Shown here: in pieces, positions 39,208 to 51,203 of the stretch | How the letters are laid out: each line of letters begins with the position of its first letter | Numbering within the stretch: the first letter of the stretch is position 1 | Source: Paragordius varius | Lineage: Eukaryota > Animalia > Nematomorpha | Assembly: GCA_964247055.1 (NCBI GenBank) | Contig: OZ176054.1 | Location: 1,302,001-1,366,000 of the forward strand | Direction of reading: 5' to 3' | DNA length: 64,000 nt | Made by a program: the position numbers and the translations under genes | The notes under the pieces: model-generated | Databases searched by the model: none | What the model was told of the DNA's origin: nothing | The model's input: only the letters and a program-made list of their open reading frames with translations

Positions 39208-39274
39208 GTGATGAGGGGACGTCAGGGGATTCTGGAAGGAATCGTAATGGCTGCTGTGCCAAGTGGAAGAAAAG
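39065..39274. repeat. Compact hairpin, about 68-bp stem and 75-nt loop
   Basis: 39065-39132 (cttttcttccacttggcacagcagccc...cccctgacgtcctctccgtcac) is complementary to 39208-39274 (gtgatgaggggacgtcagggg...ggctgctgtgccaagtggaagaaaag) with about five differences. Confidence 0.85.
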
Positions 39275-42049
39275 AATTTTTATGACTTGGGTGAGACGGA
39301 ATAGTCAGAAGGTATACTCTCATTTAACCATCTCACTGTAAATTATAAAAATGAACCCGATGCCAACCATATTACATGAAATCAATATGCCTCAATTGAT
39401 ATCTTGGGAATTTGTTTCAACAAAAATTATTTATCAAATTATGGACTGAATTAATTAATAACAAAAAAATATTAAGTAGAACTTCTTAAAAAACCTCTCT
39501 CCTCTCATATATGGAGGTTAATAAACAGCATCTTAGCTTATGCTTATCATCATGCGCTATCCTATTTTCAAACATAATTTTCGGAACTTCAGTGTACTTT
39601 CCCACAAACTTATTGTGATGGTGAATGGAAAGCTAATCGATGATTACCTCATCTGACAAAATCAGTTAAATTTTCTATAGAGTTTATTGATGTATTTTTT
39701 GCTTTTATGCTAAATATTAAAAAAAATTATTTTTTAGATTATCTAAGAGATAATGACCCGAGCCAAGCCGAAAATCCCTACTTGCAGTCAAAGTTTTATA
39801 CGTTTCATCAATCTGTATTTGGGTAACGCTCAAAGCCGTCCCTAAGTATCCAAATTCATAAAAATATGTAATTGCCAAAAATTCTATTATTAAAACAAAC
39901 ATTTGTTGTGTGTTGTAAAGCCCTTCCTCACCGTAGATGCCATAATTAAATTGTCCAACATTCATAGAATTGGACCTCACAAATAATTTAGTTTCTGCCA
40001 AATTTTATATCTATTAATTAACTTTATAATTAGCTTTGCTATTAAATTGTTTCATATATGTAAATAGAACTAATTGTCCAAAACAATATGACACAATATT
40101 ATATTATCTTGTATTTATATGTTTGGATTTTAGTTTTAAATATATCATATAGACAATTTTTAAAAAATATTACTTAGAACAAAGTGAATTCATTGATAAC
40201 TACTATTAATGTTGACTTGACTAACTGAAATATAAAATTTAGTTTAAAAAGGTAAATTTGACTTTCGTAGTCTTTTTAGTAATCAAATATCTTGATTTGT
40301 ATTGAACTTTTTATCAGTATATTACTGTAACCTGGTGTTATTTAGTAATTAAACTATGGACAATAATATTTATTTAATACACTGTCTAAATAAAATATTT
40401 TATTATTATATGTTATAAACTCCCATGAAGATGTTATGTGCACCGCAAAATTATTATAAAGTCATAATTGATTTCATACAACTGTCGAAATGTACCATAG
40501 AAACTGAAGAAAAACAATCTTCTTAAGATATATTATGTATAAAATAAATAAATTTTAAGCGATATCTACAGGTATTTTGAAGTCATGCAATTATATTTAT
40601 AAATATAATTGATTATTCAAAATCAAATACAGACAAATAAATATAATCTCCTCGTATATAAATTGAGTATTGACTTATCTATGATTTCCGCTTTTCTTAT
40701 TAATAATTTAATTAGTATCAGTGCAATGCAACAAATAATATCCTGATTAATTATATTTTGCCTAATAGGAATCTCATGGTGTTTATGGTTTAGCTTTAGG
40801 CTATAGTTCAGGAACAATATTCACACTTTTGTCCTAAATTTCCATATGAAAAAAATCACAAAAATAACTCATCATATGCTATATAAATTTTGCATCATTC
40901 CAAAAACATACATACACATACACTATATTTGAGGCTATATATTTAAATTTTAATTTTTTTTATTTGAGCTCTGAAATTTTTTTTTGACCCCTCTAAAACG
41001 GGCAAGTAAAAATATATGTATATTGCTTAAAAAATTAATTTATTAGAAAAATATTGTTGAAGCGAAATTAGGTAATTTCAAGCATGGTATTTAAAATAAA
41101 AGAACAATAGTTGATAATTTTTTAAAAGATATCTACAATAATAAGAACTGGTGCCTCAAAATATGATGTACGTAAAAATGTAATTAAATACTAATAATCA
41201 ATAAATTTTGTAATTAATAACAAACTATTTTTATAAACTTAAACTTTTACCAAAAATTATATGATTTTAGGCGCTATTCCCACCTATACGCAATTGCCAC
41301 AAAAGTGGAAATAACTTTCTTGAAACTCTCCAAAAAATCATTATGAAAATTTTTGTGCGCACTGTGTGTACATATTTTCTGTGATTTCGTTATCATACAA
41401 GCCATTTAAAATACATATTCTATGGCAATTACTCATAGGACCAAGGTAAAAGATTAAAATTAAAAATTGGTTGTTAGCTCAAGATAAATTTTAATCTTTT
41501 AAAAGACAAAACAATCTTTATTAAATTCTGTTTTGATTAAATTTTTAAAGTGTATTTTATGATTAAAAGTAAATGTAAATAGTAAAAAACATTAAATATT
41601 ATAAAAACACCTCTTCTGCCATTCTTATTCCTCTGAACATATCTGTTCGATCAGATTGGGCAATTTATTGTACAAGACCCTAACCTTACAATCTTTTGCG
41701 GAAACATCGGAAGAATGTTAAATTCCCAAAATAAAATAGTATAAAAATGGTTTAATTAACTGCATAAGATTCGCTAGGTACTATTTTGTCAACCAATAAT
41801 AATGAGTAACAATATGATAATTTTACTGACTACACTTATCGAAGGCAATTCAAGACCTTTAACAATTGACTCCAATTCTTGGCAAGAATCTGTGGATTTC
41901 ATCGAATGCATTGAAGGATATTAAACTATTGATGTTGATTATTAAAAGATTAAGTCTTTTGCATGGGAACATCAGGTACCCATGATGGCCCTATAAAATC
42001 AAGATAAGTTGGCCTATTATTTTTTGTACAAAAATGTAAAAAATAGAAA

Positions 42050-42430
42050 ATGCATTTAAGCCCATAAAGCTACAACACGAATGTCCAAAAATCTGAGTAA
42101 CCTCGATTAAATATGGAATAACCATTCAATTTTGTAAATTTTTCCTTATCGTTCTTTAAGCTGCGAAGCATGGACACTTATATTAAAACTTATCAAATCT
42201 GGGGTTGGTTGGTGTATGATTTTAGGCATTAACTAGAAAGATAATATGCATCAACTTTACACACATGCGTGCCATAACAAAATTAACGGTATAATATTTT
42301 ATCAATATGGATACGCATCAAACTCTCAAAGCTCCCATTCATGCTTAACTAATGATAAATTAAATGAATAGAATCTTCAATTTAAACATTAATGAACCAT
42401 GTTGGATGGAAAAGAATGGTCGTCCGTATA
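42050..42430 (+). mobile_element. Highly degenerate RTE LINE 3' fragment
   Basis: SCEAWTL at about 42158-42178 resembles the RTE YGCEAWTL motif, and the downstream W..MV resembles the element end. Little else is recognisable. Confidence 0.4.
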
Positions 42431-43199
42431 GCCATAAGTCGAATACTTAAATCGGCTTAGAATATGTAATCACAAAGTATGAATAATTTTCGGCATGTTT
42501 CAAATATGTCACAACCATTTATATCTTTATTCTAAAACTACAAGAAAAATAACTTGATCCAGTCAACATTTATATTACTCAGATCCGCAAAGTTTTATCA
42601 ATCGATTATCCTATATGCCCCTTAATATGATAATGGATCAATGCTTTAATATCCATACATAATAATTGATTAAATAGACTGATATTTGGGAGAATTTAAT
42701 TTATATTGATTAATTTTGATTTTATATTTAGTGTTGCTTTCTGTGTTATTCAATATTTTATTTTTTACTAGCGGCCCTGTTACGCTTCGCTGTGACATGG
42801 TCTCACGGATAATTATTATTAATAATTTGCTATAAATTGAGGAAATATAAAAAATAATAAAAAACATTAAAAGTATGTCTTTAATTATTCTTTTAGGGTT
42901 TTTGCATAGGCTATATTGGTTACTGAAATTGACCATATTTAAACTGTTATTTAATGTTAATATTCAACTATCATTGGTTTATTTTGAGATTTTCCTTTTA
43001 CGAAATCATGGTTAAGAGTTTTATTTTGAAACTTTTCACATAGCTGGGATCAAGGGATATAAAAGTAAATCATTTGTGATCCCTTTTTAAAGGAAAGAAT
43101 GATATTATACAAATTCCCCAGAAATGTGTTTAACTGCTTAGGTTTTTAAAAATTAGCTCCAAAACCACGTCATTTTTATATGGTGGCTCAGTTCTAAAC

Positions 43200-44660
43200 C
43201 GGTAGTCCCCTATAGACTTATATGGCTGAGTTAAATTGTTTGCCTTTGTAGGGCAAATATTTGAATCATCTTTGATACCATGGGCTATTCGAAAAAATAC
43301 CACAACACTAAATAATCTTTATATGATGGCGTATGTTTACGAGCATAAAGGTCCCAAATTAACGGCTAATAAGCTCAATCTTAATTTTTATCTAGTTACG
43401 GGTAATATTTTAAGCTTTTAATGAGTTCATCTGACTTCTTAAATTTTCTGTAAAATAGCGCCAAAACAATATATTTTATATAGTCGCGCAGCTACCAGAG
43501 GCAGCTATAAAAAAAGCATTGGGCAAAATTTTTGCCTTTATATGGGGAATATCTGGAATTATCATGGATACATATGTTTTTATTAGTCTCTTAAGTTTTC
43601 TGAAAAAATGGCTCCAAAAGCTGCTGTATATGATGACGCAGTTTTACGCGGGTATTCCCCAACCAGAGGCGAAACAAAAACGCTCGATTGCCTTAATTGG
43701 GGTAATACCTAGAATCATTATTGATTTCGTATGCTCTCATGGGATTTTCGGAAAATTGATCAAAACCAAAAAGTCATTCTATGGTGGCGCATTTTCCAGG
43801 GGAAGGGCCTATTTAAAATAACACCACTCTACTAAAATATTTGTTTTTTAAGGGGTAATAAATATTTTAGGCCCTTATTGAACTTACATATTCTCATAGG
43901 TTTTCTGAAATTTGGCTCCAAAGTCACGCTGTATCGATATGGTGGAGGCCAATATAAAATGTACTTCGATAATAATTTTGCCTTTATACGTAATACGTGG
44001 AATCATCATTTATTCAATATGTTCTTAATAGTTTTTGGAAGATAGGCTTTAACTGAATATTATTTCAATGATAGCGCATTTTTAAGGGCGTAAAGGGCCT
44101 ATTTAAGCGCTAATTTAAAAAAACCGCTCGACTTAAATATTGCCTTTTTAGGAAAAAAATTTCAGGCCCTTATTAAACTTATGTGGCCTGATAAGTATTC
44201 TGAAAATCTACTTCTAAACAACGAAATTGCGATATAGAGGCGCAGTTTTAGGCTGTTAGCTTTTTTGCCAGAGGCTGATACAATAAAAGCTTGATCAAAA
44301 TATTGACTCTGAGATCATGATTGATTCCATATCCTCTTATTAGTTGTTGTAATAATTGTCTCAAAATAAAAAATCATACTATGGTAGCGCATTTTTCTGG
44401 GCATGAAAGGCCTAATTAACGGCTAATTTTAAAAAACCGTACGACCTAAATTTTTTCCTTGTTACGGGTAATATTTGAAGAACCTATTGCACTCATATTG
44501 CCTGATAGGTTTTCTGTAATTCAGCCCTAAAGCACCCTATATCGATATGACGGGGCAGTTTTTAGCGAGTATTTGTTTGCCCAGCAGGCAATATAAAAAA
44601 CGCACGACTTAAATTTTTGCCATTTAACAGGGAACACTTGGAACATTGAATTTTTAGGGT
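43200..44660. repeat. Degenerate tandem array with a unit of roughly 300 bp
   Basis: The motif atg(a/g)t(a/g)gcg(c/t)at.tt...aa(a/g)ggcc.a.tta recurs near 43322, 43781, 44069 and 44381. The motifs ggtaatatt, ttttctg(a/t)aa and tatcgatat also recur. Confidence 0.45.
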
Positions 44661-45064
44661 TTCATACCTTAGGCCAAAAATAGATTAAAAAAATTTTTTT
44701 GTAGACTTTAAAAACGGCATTATACGGGTCGAGCGGGTAAAAAGAGGGCCTAAAATTAAAAGTCGAGCTGACTATGTTCGGCCCAATCGTAAAAAAGAAA
44801 AAAAACATATTTGAAATCGAATGGTCCAACATGTTTTCCGGAAAATTGTCTTAAAGACACGATTTTTGTAGACTTTTGTTTTCAAAAAAACCGTTTTTAC
44901 ACGGGGTGGGCCCAAACTGGGGGTCTAATTCACAAAAACAAAGCATATGGGGCATTTTTTAATGATTATATTTTTTCGACATTTGGATTTAAATGGGTCT
45001 ACCGGTTCCGGATGATAACAAAGCCACCACTTTCCATTTTGATAAATATATAGATTCTAAAATG

Positions 45065-46182
45065 CTGATTGTATCCAGTAAAAATGGTTCGATGTCGTAT
45101 CTATGTATGGCCCATAGATACCGTTCAACATGACATTCTCTGGAAGCCCCCTAAACAAATAGGAGTTTCCGATCACTTAATTAAACTAATTAAATCCATA
45201 TACTCCAACTCCTACAATCACTTAACACCCCGCATGGCCCGACCTCTTGGAGTCCAATGAACATAGCTCTGCGTCAAGGCTGCATTTTATCCCCCATGTT
45301 GTTCAACATATATTTGGAATGTATCATGAGGGATCTAAATCTGCCAGGAATAAAAATAGGGGGTCACACTCTGACGACTCTTCACTACGCAGACGACACG
45401 GTTATCTTAGCAAATTCACAAACAAACCTCGAAAACAGTCTCCAAACTTTTATAAATGTATGCAAAAGATACAATCTTACATTAAACCTCAACAAAACTA
45501 AAATATTGCATATAAACTCCCCTCATTCCTATGACTCGCTTCGGATTAATAACGAAACAATTCAAGTAGTCAACGAATACACATACCTTGAAAGCATCAT
45601 AACAACTCAAGCTCCAGTTCTCAAGAAATAAGAAGACGCATAGCTATCGCCAAATGCGCTCTAGTCTCACACTACAAGATATGGAAATCTCATGACATAA
45701 CCCTTAAAACAAAAATCCGACTAATAAACGCATTAATATTTCCTATCATGTTTTACGGATGTGAAAGCTGGACTATCAAAATTGAAGACGAAAAAAAAAT
45801 AAACGCTTTTGAAATGTTTTGCTGGATAAAAATACTTGGTATAACATGGAAGGACAAAATAAAGAACATCGACATTGTAAATAAAATTAACGCATTAACA
45901 ACGCTTCGGGGTAAAATGATAAAACAAAAATTCGGTTACTTTGGACATATTATTCAGGGCAATTCTTTGGAAAAGGATATTAGGTTAGGAAAAGTTAATG
46001 GTAAGAGAGGAAGAGGACGCAGACGTATTCGCTGGTTAGACGAATCTTATCACTTTCCAAATTGTCACTGCAAAAACTATCTCAAAAAGCTCACGACAGA
46101 ACCGAATGGAGGAAGTTTTCCTACAAAATCGCTAATGATCGATAACCGACTACAAGCTCAACAACAACAACAACAACAACTT
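45065..46182 (+). mobile_element. 5'-truncated RTE (BovB-like) LINE
   Basis: LRQGCILSPMLFNIY, LHYADDTVILA, FYGCESWTIK, FGYFGHII..SLEKDIRLGKVNGKRGRGRRRIRWLD, then a (CAA)7 tail at about 46160-46181. Confidence 0.85.
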
Positions 46183-46445
46183 GTAACCAAATACATTTTA
46201 GTTTAAGACATTACTTCATACGTCTAAAATGCAATACCCACCTCTTAAATTATAAACCATTGTAAATTTGGATATATTATATGGTTCATACAGTTAGAAC
46301 TGCATTTTAGTATAAATCAGCCTAATAATCAACATAAAAAATGCATGATATGATACACACTTTTATATAATTTTACAACTTTTTCCCTAAATACTAACAA
46401 GTTGTTTAAATTAGGGTTATTCTTCGTATGTGTGACTTTGTTTAT

Positions 46446-46531
46446 CTAAATGACATCATAATATATCTAACGATCAAAGCCTTATATAAAACCTTGCTTT
46501 GATTGTTGAATCATAAAAGTGTTTTAATATT
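46446..46531 (+). promoter_or_regulatory. Candidate core promoter and short 5' UTR of kinase 2
   Basis: TGACATCA (46451-46458), TATATAAA (46483-46490) and TCAT (46511, 28 nt after the TATA), then aaaagtgttttaatatt-ATG identical to kinase 1. Confidence 0.45.
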
Positions 46532-49500
46532 ATGAACTTTAAAACATTTTTAACGTTATGTTGTTGTTGTGGGAGTTGTTGTGTGAAAGGGGAAGCCGAA
46601 GGAGTGGTTGGAAGGAAAGATGGGGATGAGAGGACGTTAGCGGGAAGGACCAAGGGCGGTTGTCCCAAAGGGAAGAAAAGGCTAAGTTTCTTCCCAAAGA
46701 AGAAAGGGGATGTTTCGCCGGGTAATTCTAAATATTTATAACATATTTACCTCATCTAACTGCGAATACATTAAAACATGATTAATGTTTAGATGGTGCT
46801 GAAAATTCTGGCGAGCATCGGCGCAGCTGGGTGAAAAGCCTTAAGGAGGTGTTTAGAAAGAAGCGGCATCGCGGTACAGGTGATAATTTGAATAAAACAT
46901 TTTTAACCGTTTTTTACCAAATCATTTTTAAAATTACTATATTCAAATATAGTTTAAGACACCTCTATTAGTTATAACTATTTGGGCGCTTCGATTTTTG
47001 TTTTCACCAAAGCAACAAATCTTAAATCCATAACTTAAGATATTTGCACATGGATGTATTAAGTTACTTTAGATAACTTATGTAGAGTAATATATATTTG
47101 AAATAAAAACGCCTAATAAAGAAAGACAATTTAATGCATAAGTTTTTTCACCTCTCAATTAAGTGTTAACTTTCGATAATGTTTTAAAATTTGCATACAT
47201 TTAAAAACTTTCACTCAACTCTTTTTAGATAATAAACCATTTTTCAGTCACAATTTTCTTCGACTAAACGTAACAAACATTTTTACATCTAAACGCAACA
47301 TGTTTTCAATCAAATAAACATTTTTAATCAAAGACAACTAAAAAAATGTTGAGTGTAGACAGAAAAATGTTGCGTTTGCCGGAAAAAATGTTTCTTTTGG
47401 CTGAAAAATGATATCTTTACACATATGATGTTTTTTAAGATGGTAATTTGCGTTATTTTTAGATGCGAAGCAAGAAAAATCCGAAGATGAATCAGGTCAC
47501 AAATATTTTATATTTTTTAAAGCATATTAAAATTTTACATATTATATATGATCAATAAAATAATTAAAATATTTTGGTTATGTTCCATTTCGCCATTATG
47601 GTTAAAAAGTTTGATTATAAACAAATAATGGGGGACTATTTTGTCACCTAATTGTAAGATAATTATACAAACACATTTTTTTATATAGTCCACAGTATCT
47701 TGTCTCCGCCAGACGCTGGTGATTTCGTTGAGCCTCCAAAAACAAGTATATATTTACGATAATTTTTAAAGCAAAACATAATATAATAGGATAAAATGTA
47801 CTAGTGTCGGAACTCAAAGAGGGATGTTTTCTCAACAAAAAATATAAAATTATATAATTAGTGTGTTGATGGGTCTACTAATTTGCAAGTAAAATCTATT
47901 TAAAACACCCTTTTCCAAGTGGGTCTTAAAAGCCATATCCCTCGATTATTACTTGCACTACGATGATTGATTTCCAAATTTAATAATAAAATATGAATTT
48001 ATTTTTAAAACAGGTTGGGTCCGGTAAAAAGCTAAATAATATTTTAAATAAAAATAAAAAAGACAAAATTCGGCCGGGAATTATTTAGGTCAAAATAATA
48101 TTTAACAAGTAAAAAATCTATTCTTATAAAATAACATTGAGTTAATCCGGATAATAGTTCTATTGCTGAACACACTTTAGACTATGTCACTCAATTATCG
48201 CATATGTACACATAATTTTTGAATTACTTAATTTTAATTTTTTATTACAACTTAACTCCATTTTGAGTTCGGAAACTGTACATTTTATTATTAAAAAGTT
48301 TAATATAAAAAGTAAGGCAAGTTAAAATTTTCGAAGTATATTATAATAATTATAATGGTTTAGTTTTAAATTTGCTTGGAATTAATCTTATAATTCAAGC
48401 AGTTTGTAAATAGTTCTCTATTGGAAAAGCAAAAGCTATTCTTAGCTTTGGCTCCTCTAAAAGTTATTGCCCTGAAAACTCATGTATCAGATATAATTAT
48501 TACAGGAATATTTCTCACAATTTATTAATATCAATATTTTAGCTCCTAATCATGATGCAGTCGATCCACAACAAAAAGAGGTGGGTATGAATTATATGAA
48601 ACTTTAATAGATTTGAATTAATTCGATTTTTGAATTTTATTTTTAGAAAACCATTTAACAATTTTCATATATTATTTTGGCATAATTAAGATTACCAAAG
48701 ACATCCCGTCCAAATTTAATGTTTGCGAAAAACTTGGAGAAGGGTATTAATTTTTTATAAATACTGTTAGAAAAGCATAGTATTACTAAACTATATATTT
48801 ATTATTTAGGGCATATGGATCTGTGTTCTTGGCCAAATATCATAAATCTACGGTAGCATTAAAAAAGATTAAACTTAAGGACAAACAACTTGATGACGAT
48901 ACGATCAATGAAATATTTATACTTAAGAATCTAAAACATCCCAACATTGTCGAATATATTAGCTCCAGTTTTTCGGGTGACAGTTTATGGGTAAGCAGTT
49001 ATTTTTTTTCCTGAATCAAAATTTGAAATATGTGTCTTTCTCTCTTTAGTACTTTGCTTCTTTGATTTTGTACAGATCATTATGGAGAACATCGATGGGG
49101 TTACTTTGTGGGATTTGGCTCGTCGGAAGCTTTGGGAATCTTTAATAGCCCAAATCTGTCATCAGGTTTTTAAATCCTTGTTACATTAGGCAATCAGATT
49201 CTAAATGATCTTTATTTTTCACATTTTTTACATGTTTATTTGAATTAAATATGATGTATGCTGCACTTTAACATTGATGTAAAAGTATTCATACATAGTG
49301 GAAACAAGAATATTCTGCTTAAAAATATTATTTCTGGTAGAAAGAGCAGGGATCTCATGGTGCTTTTTATTTGGACCATATAATTCAACTTAATATGTTC
49401 ACTTATGAATTATTTTTGATACAAATGATTGAATTTTGTTAACATCCCAAAGCAATTTTAGTATCATGCACTATAAAAATTTTAAATTGCTGGATTAAAG

Positions 49501-51203
49501 ATTAAAAATTATTTTAAAAAGCACCGTTTAATTTTATAATGCGTAATTCTTTCATTTTGACCCTTTGCAATTTAAATTTTTAATCATATAAAAACGCATT
49601 TAATGGTTTATTAAAGCATGACTCATTCAAAAGCCTTTATATATGATGTAATAACACCTCTTCTACATAATTGATGCAGAAATCTGTCCTCTGAAATTTT
49701 AATTAGATTTGTTCACCTTCAAAAAGTTAAATATATACTATCTTTCTTATAAAATTAATGTTGATTATACCGTTTCCATCACCATATATGTTTCAAAAAT
49801 TTTACAATATTTGGAAAATATGCTTTTAAATTTTTTAGTATTATAATTTAGTTGTTAAAATTATCACAAAAGAGAGTAAAAGATTTTTCCCGCATCCAAA
49901 AATGTGAGAATTTCGGAGTGGACTATAAATATTGATATATATTATAGTTATTATTTAGCTTTTTAAGTTGAGATAACTTTCATTAATTTTTTATAGAACG
50001 AAGAACTTTTGGTATAATTTTTTATGGGTAATACAATTTAAACCATGAGGATAATACATATTACTATAAGAATATTCTAATTATTTAATTTTTCCCATAA
50101 CTGTGTCTGTTTTACTCTATATTCAATTTTAAACAGCGTTATAATATATTTGAAAGTGTCAATGTAAATTATTACAGTTTTTTCCATATTTTTTTGTCAA
50201 CCCTGTTGTTTATAGATCTTGAAAGCGTTATCATTCATTCATTCCAGAAGTGTTATTCATAGGGATATCAAATCTACCAATATCATGATTGATACCAATG
50301 GCACAGTCAAACTGAGTAATATATTTAAATTTCATAACCCAAAATATTATCAAAGTTATTCAATTTATAGGAAAAAATATTAATAAGCCTTAAATTGAAT
50401 AATCTGTATTATTTAGCCATAAATGTATTATTAGTAAAAAATTGAATTTTTTTGTTGTTCCCATCACATTATCTTTCATACAAAAATTAATCACAAACAT
50501 GTTTCTATATATATATCATAATAGTAGATTTTGGTGTATCCATCTATGATAACAATACCTCTGTCAGGGTGGCAGGCACTGCCTGTTATCTGGCAGAAGA
50601 AACGTATTTTTCAGGACTGATCTCTAATAAAGCTGATATATGGGCCCTGGGCATCATTTGTATTGAAATGGTTTGCGGAGAGCCCCCTTATAAGCATCTC
50701 AATGCTAGCCAGGTGTTAATATTATTGATTTGTTCACATGTGTATTTTATTTTTCTGTGTAAGTTTATTTTTTTAACATCCTTCCTGGCGATAACTTTAT
50801 ATTTGAGATTTCAATAAATTTATTTATATTTGTATACACTTTCGTCGTTACCGCACAAATAATGGATTTTAGAAGCATAATATTTGATCATTGGTAATTT
50901 TTAATTATATGCTAATTAATAACATATATAATTATAATTCTTAGATCAAGCAAACAATGATAGCCCAGGGCAAGCCATGGATTCCGCCCACTAGCCAGGT
51001 TTTCTACGAATTCATAGCTTCTTGCTTGGAGAATGTGGCGAAACGACCGTCCGCCTCTAAACTACTAGGGGTATGTAAATTTATTACAATGCTATTGAAA
51101 TTAATTCATTCATCATTTTTGCAATGTGTTTTAGCATCCTTATCTTGAAATAGCCGCCCCAACAGTATGGCTTGCTAACACTGTGGCAACATATAAGGTA
51201 TGA
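46532..51203 (+). CDS. STE20/PAK-like Ser/Thr kinase paralog 2, about 421 aa, N-terminal Cys cluster, no CRIB domain
   Basis: Exons (1266 nt, same intron positions and phases as paralog 1): 46532-46721, 46793-46879, 47463-47495, 47689-47745, 48430-48483 (weak acceptor, skippable in frame), 48543-48580, 48691-48743, 48810-48990, 49076-49165, 50216-50315, 50525-50712, 50945-51070, 51135-51203. Motifs: [74 protein letters not shown]. Possible extra donor at 51198. Confidence 0.9.

Noticed and set aside
6245-39274. Fold-backs as sequencing or assembly artefacts
   Set aside because: The arms are imperfect, derive from different paralogs, carry arm-specific insertions and share one junction across diverged units. 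Read fold-back artefacts would give near-identical arms. Read-level confirmation is still advisable.
39717-40001. 94-codon minus-strand ORF with a hydrophobic stretch (…FLAITYFYEFGYLGTALSV…)
   Set aside because: It has a TTG start, no family I recognise, and no consistent flanking exons. It needs BLASTX before any call.
43519-43821. 100-codon plus-strand ORF
   Set aside because: It has a non-ATG start, lies inside the degenerate tandem array and has no recognisable domain.
48691-48990. Calling kinase 2 hippo/MST1-2 from KLGEGAYGSV, or naming either gene PAK
   Set aside because: There is no SARAH or CRIB domain, the C-lobe is more PAK-like, and paralog 1 has GKGGFG. Only a STE20-family assignment is supportable, so no gene symbol is given.
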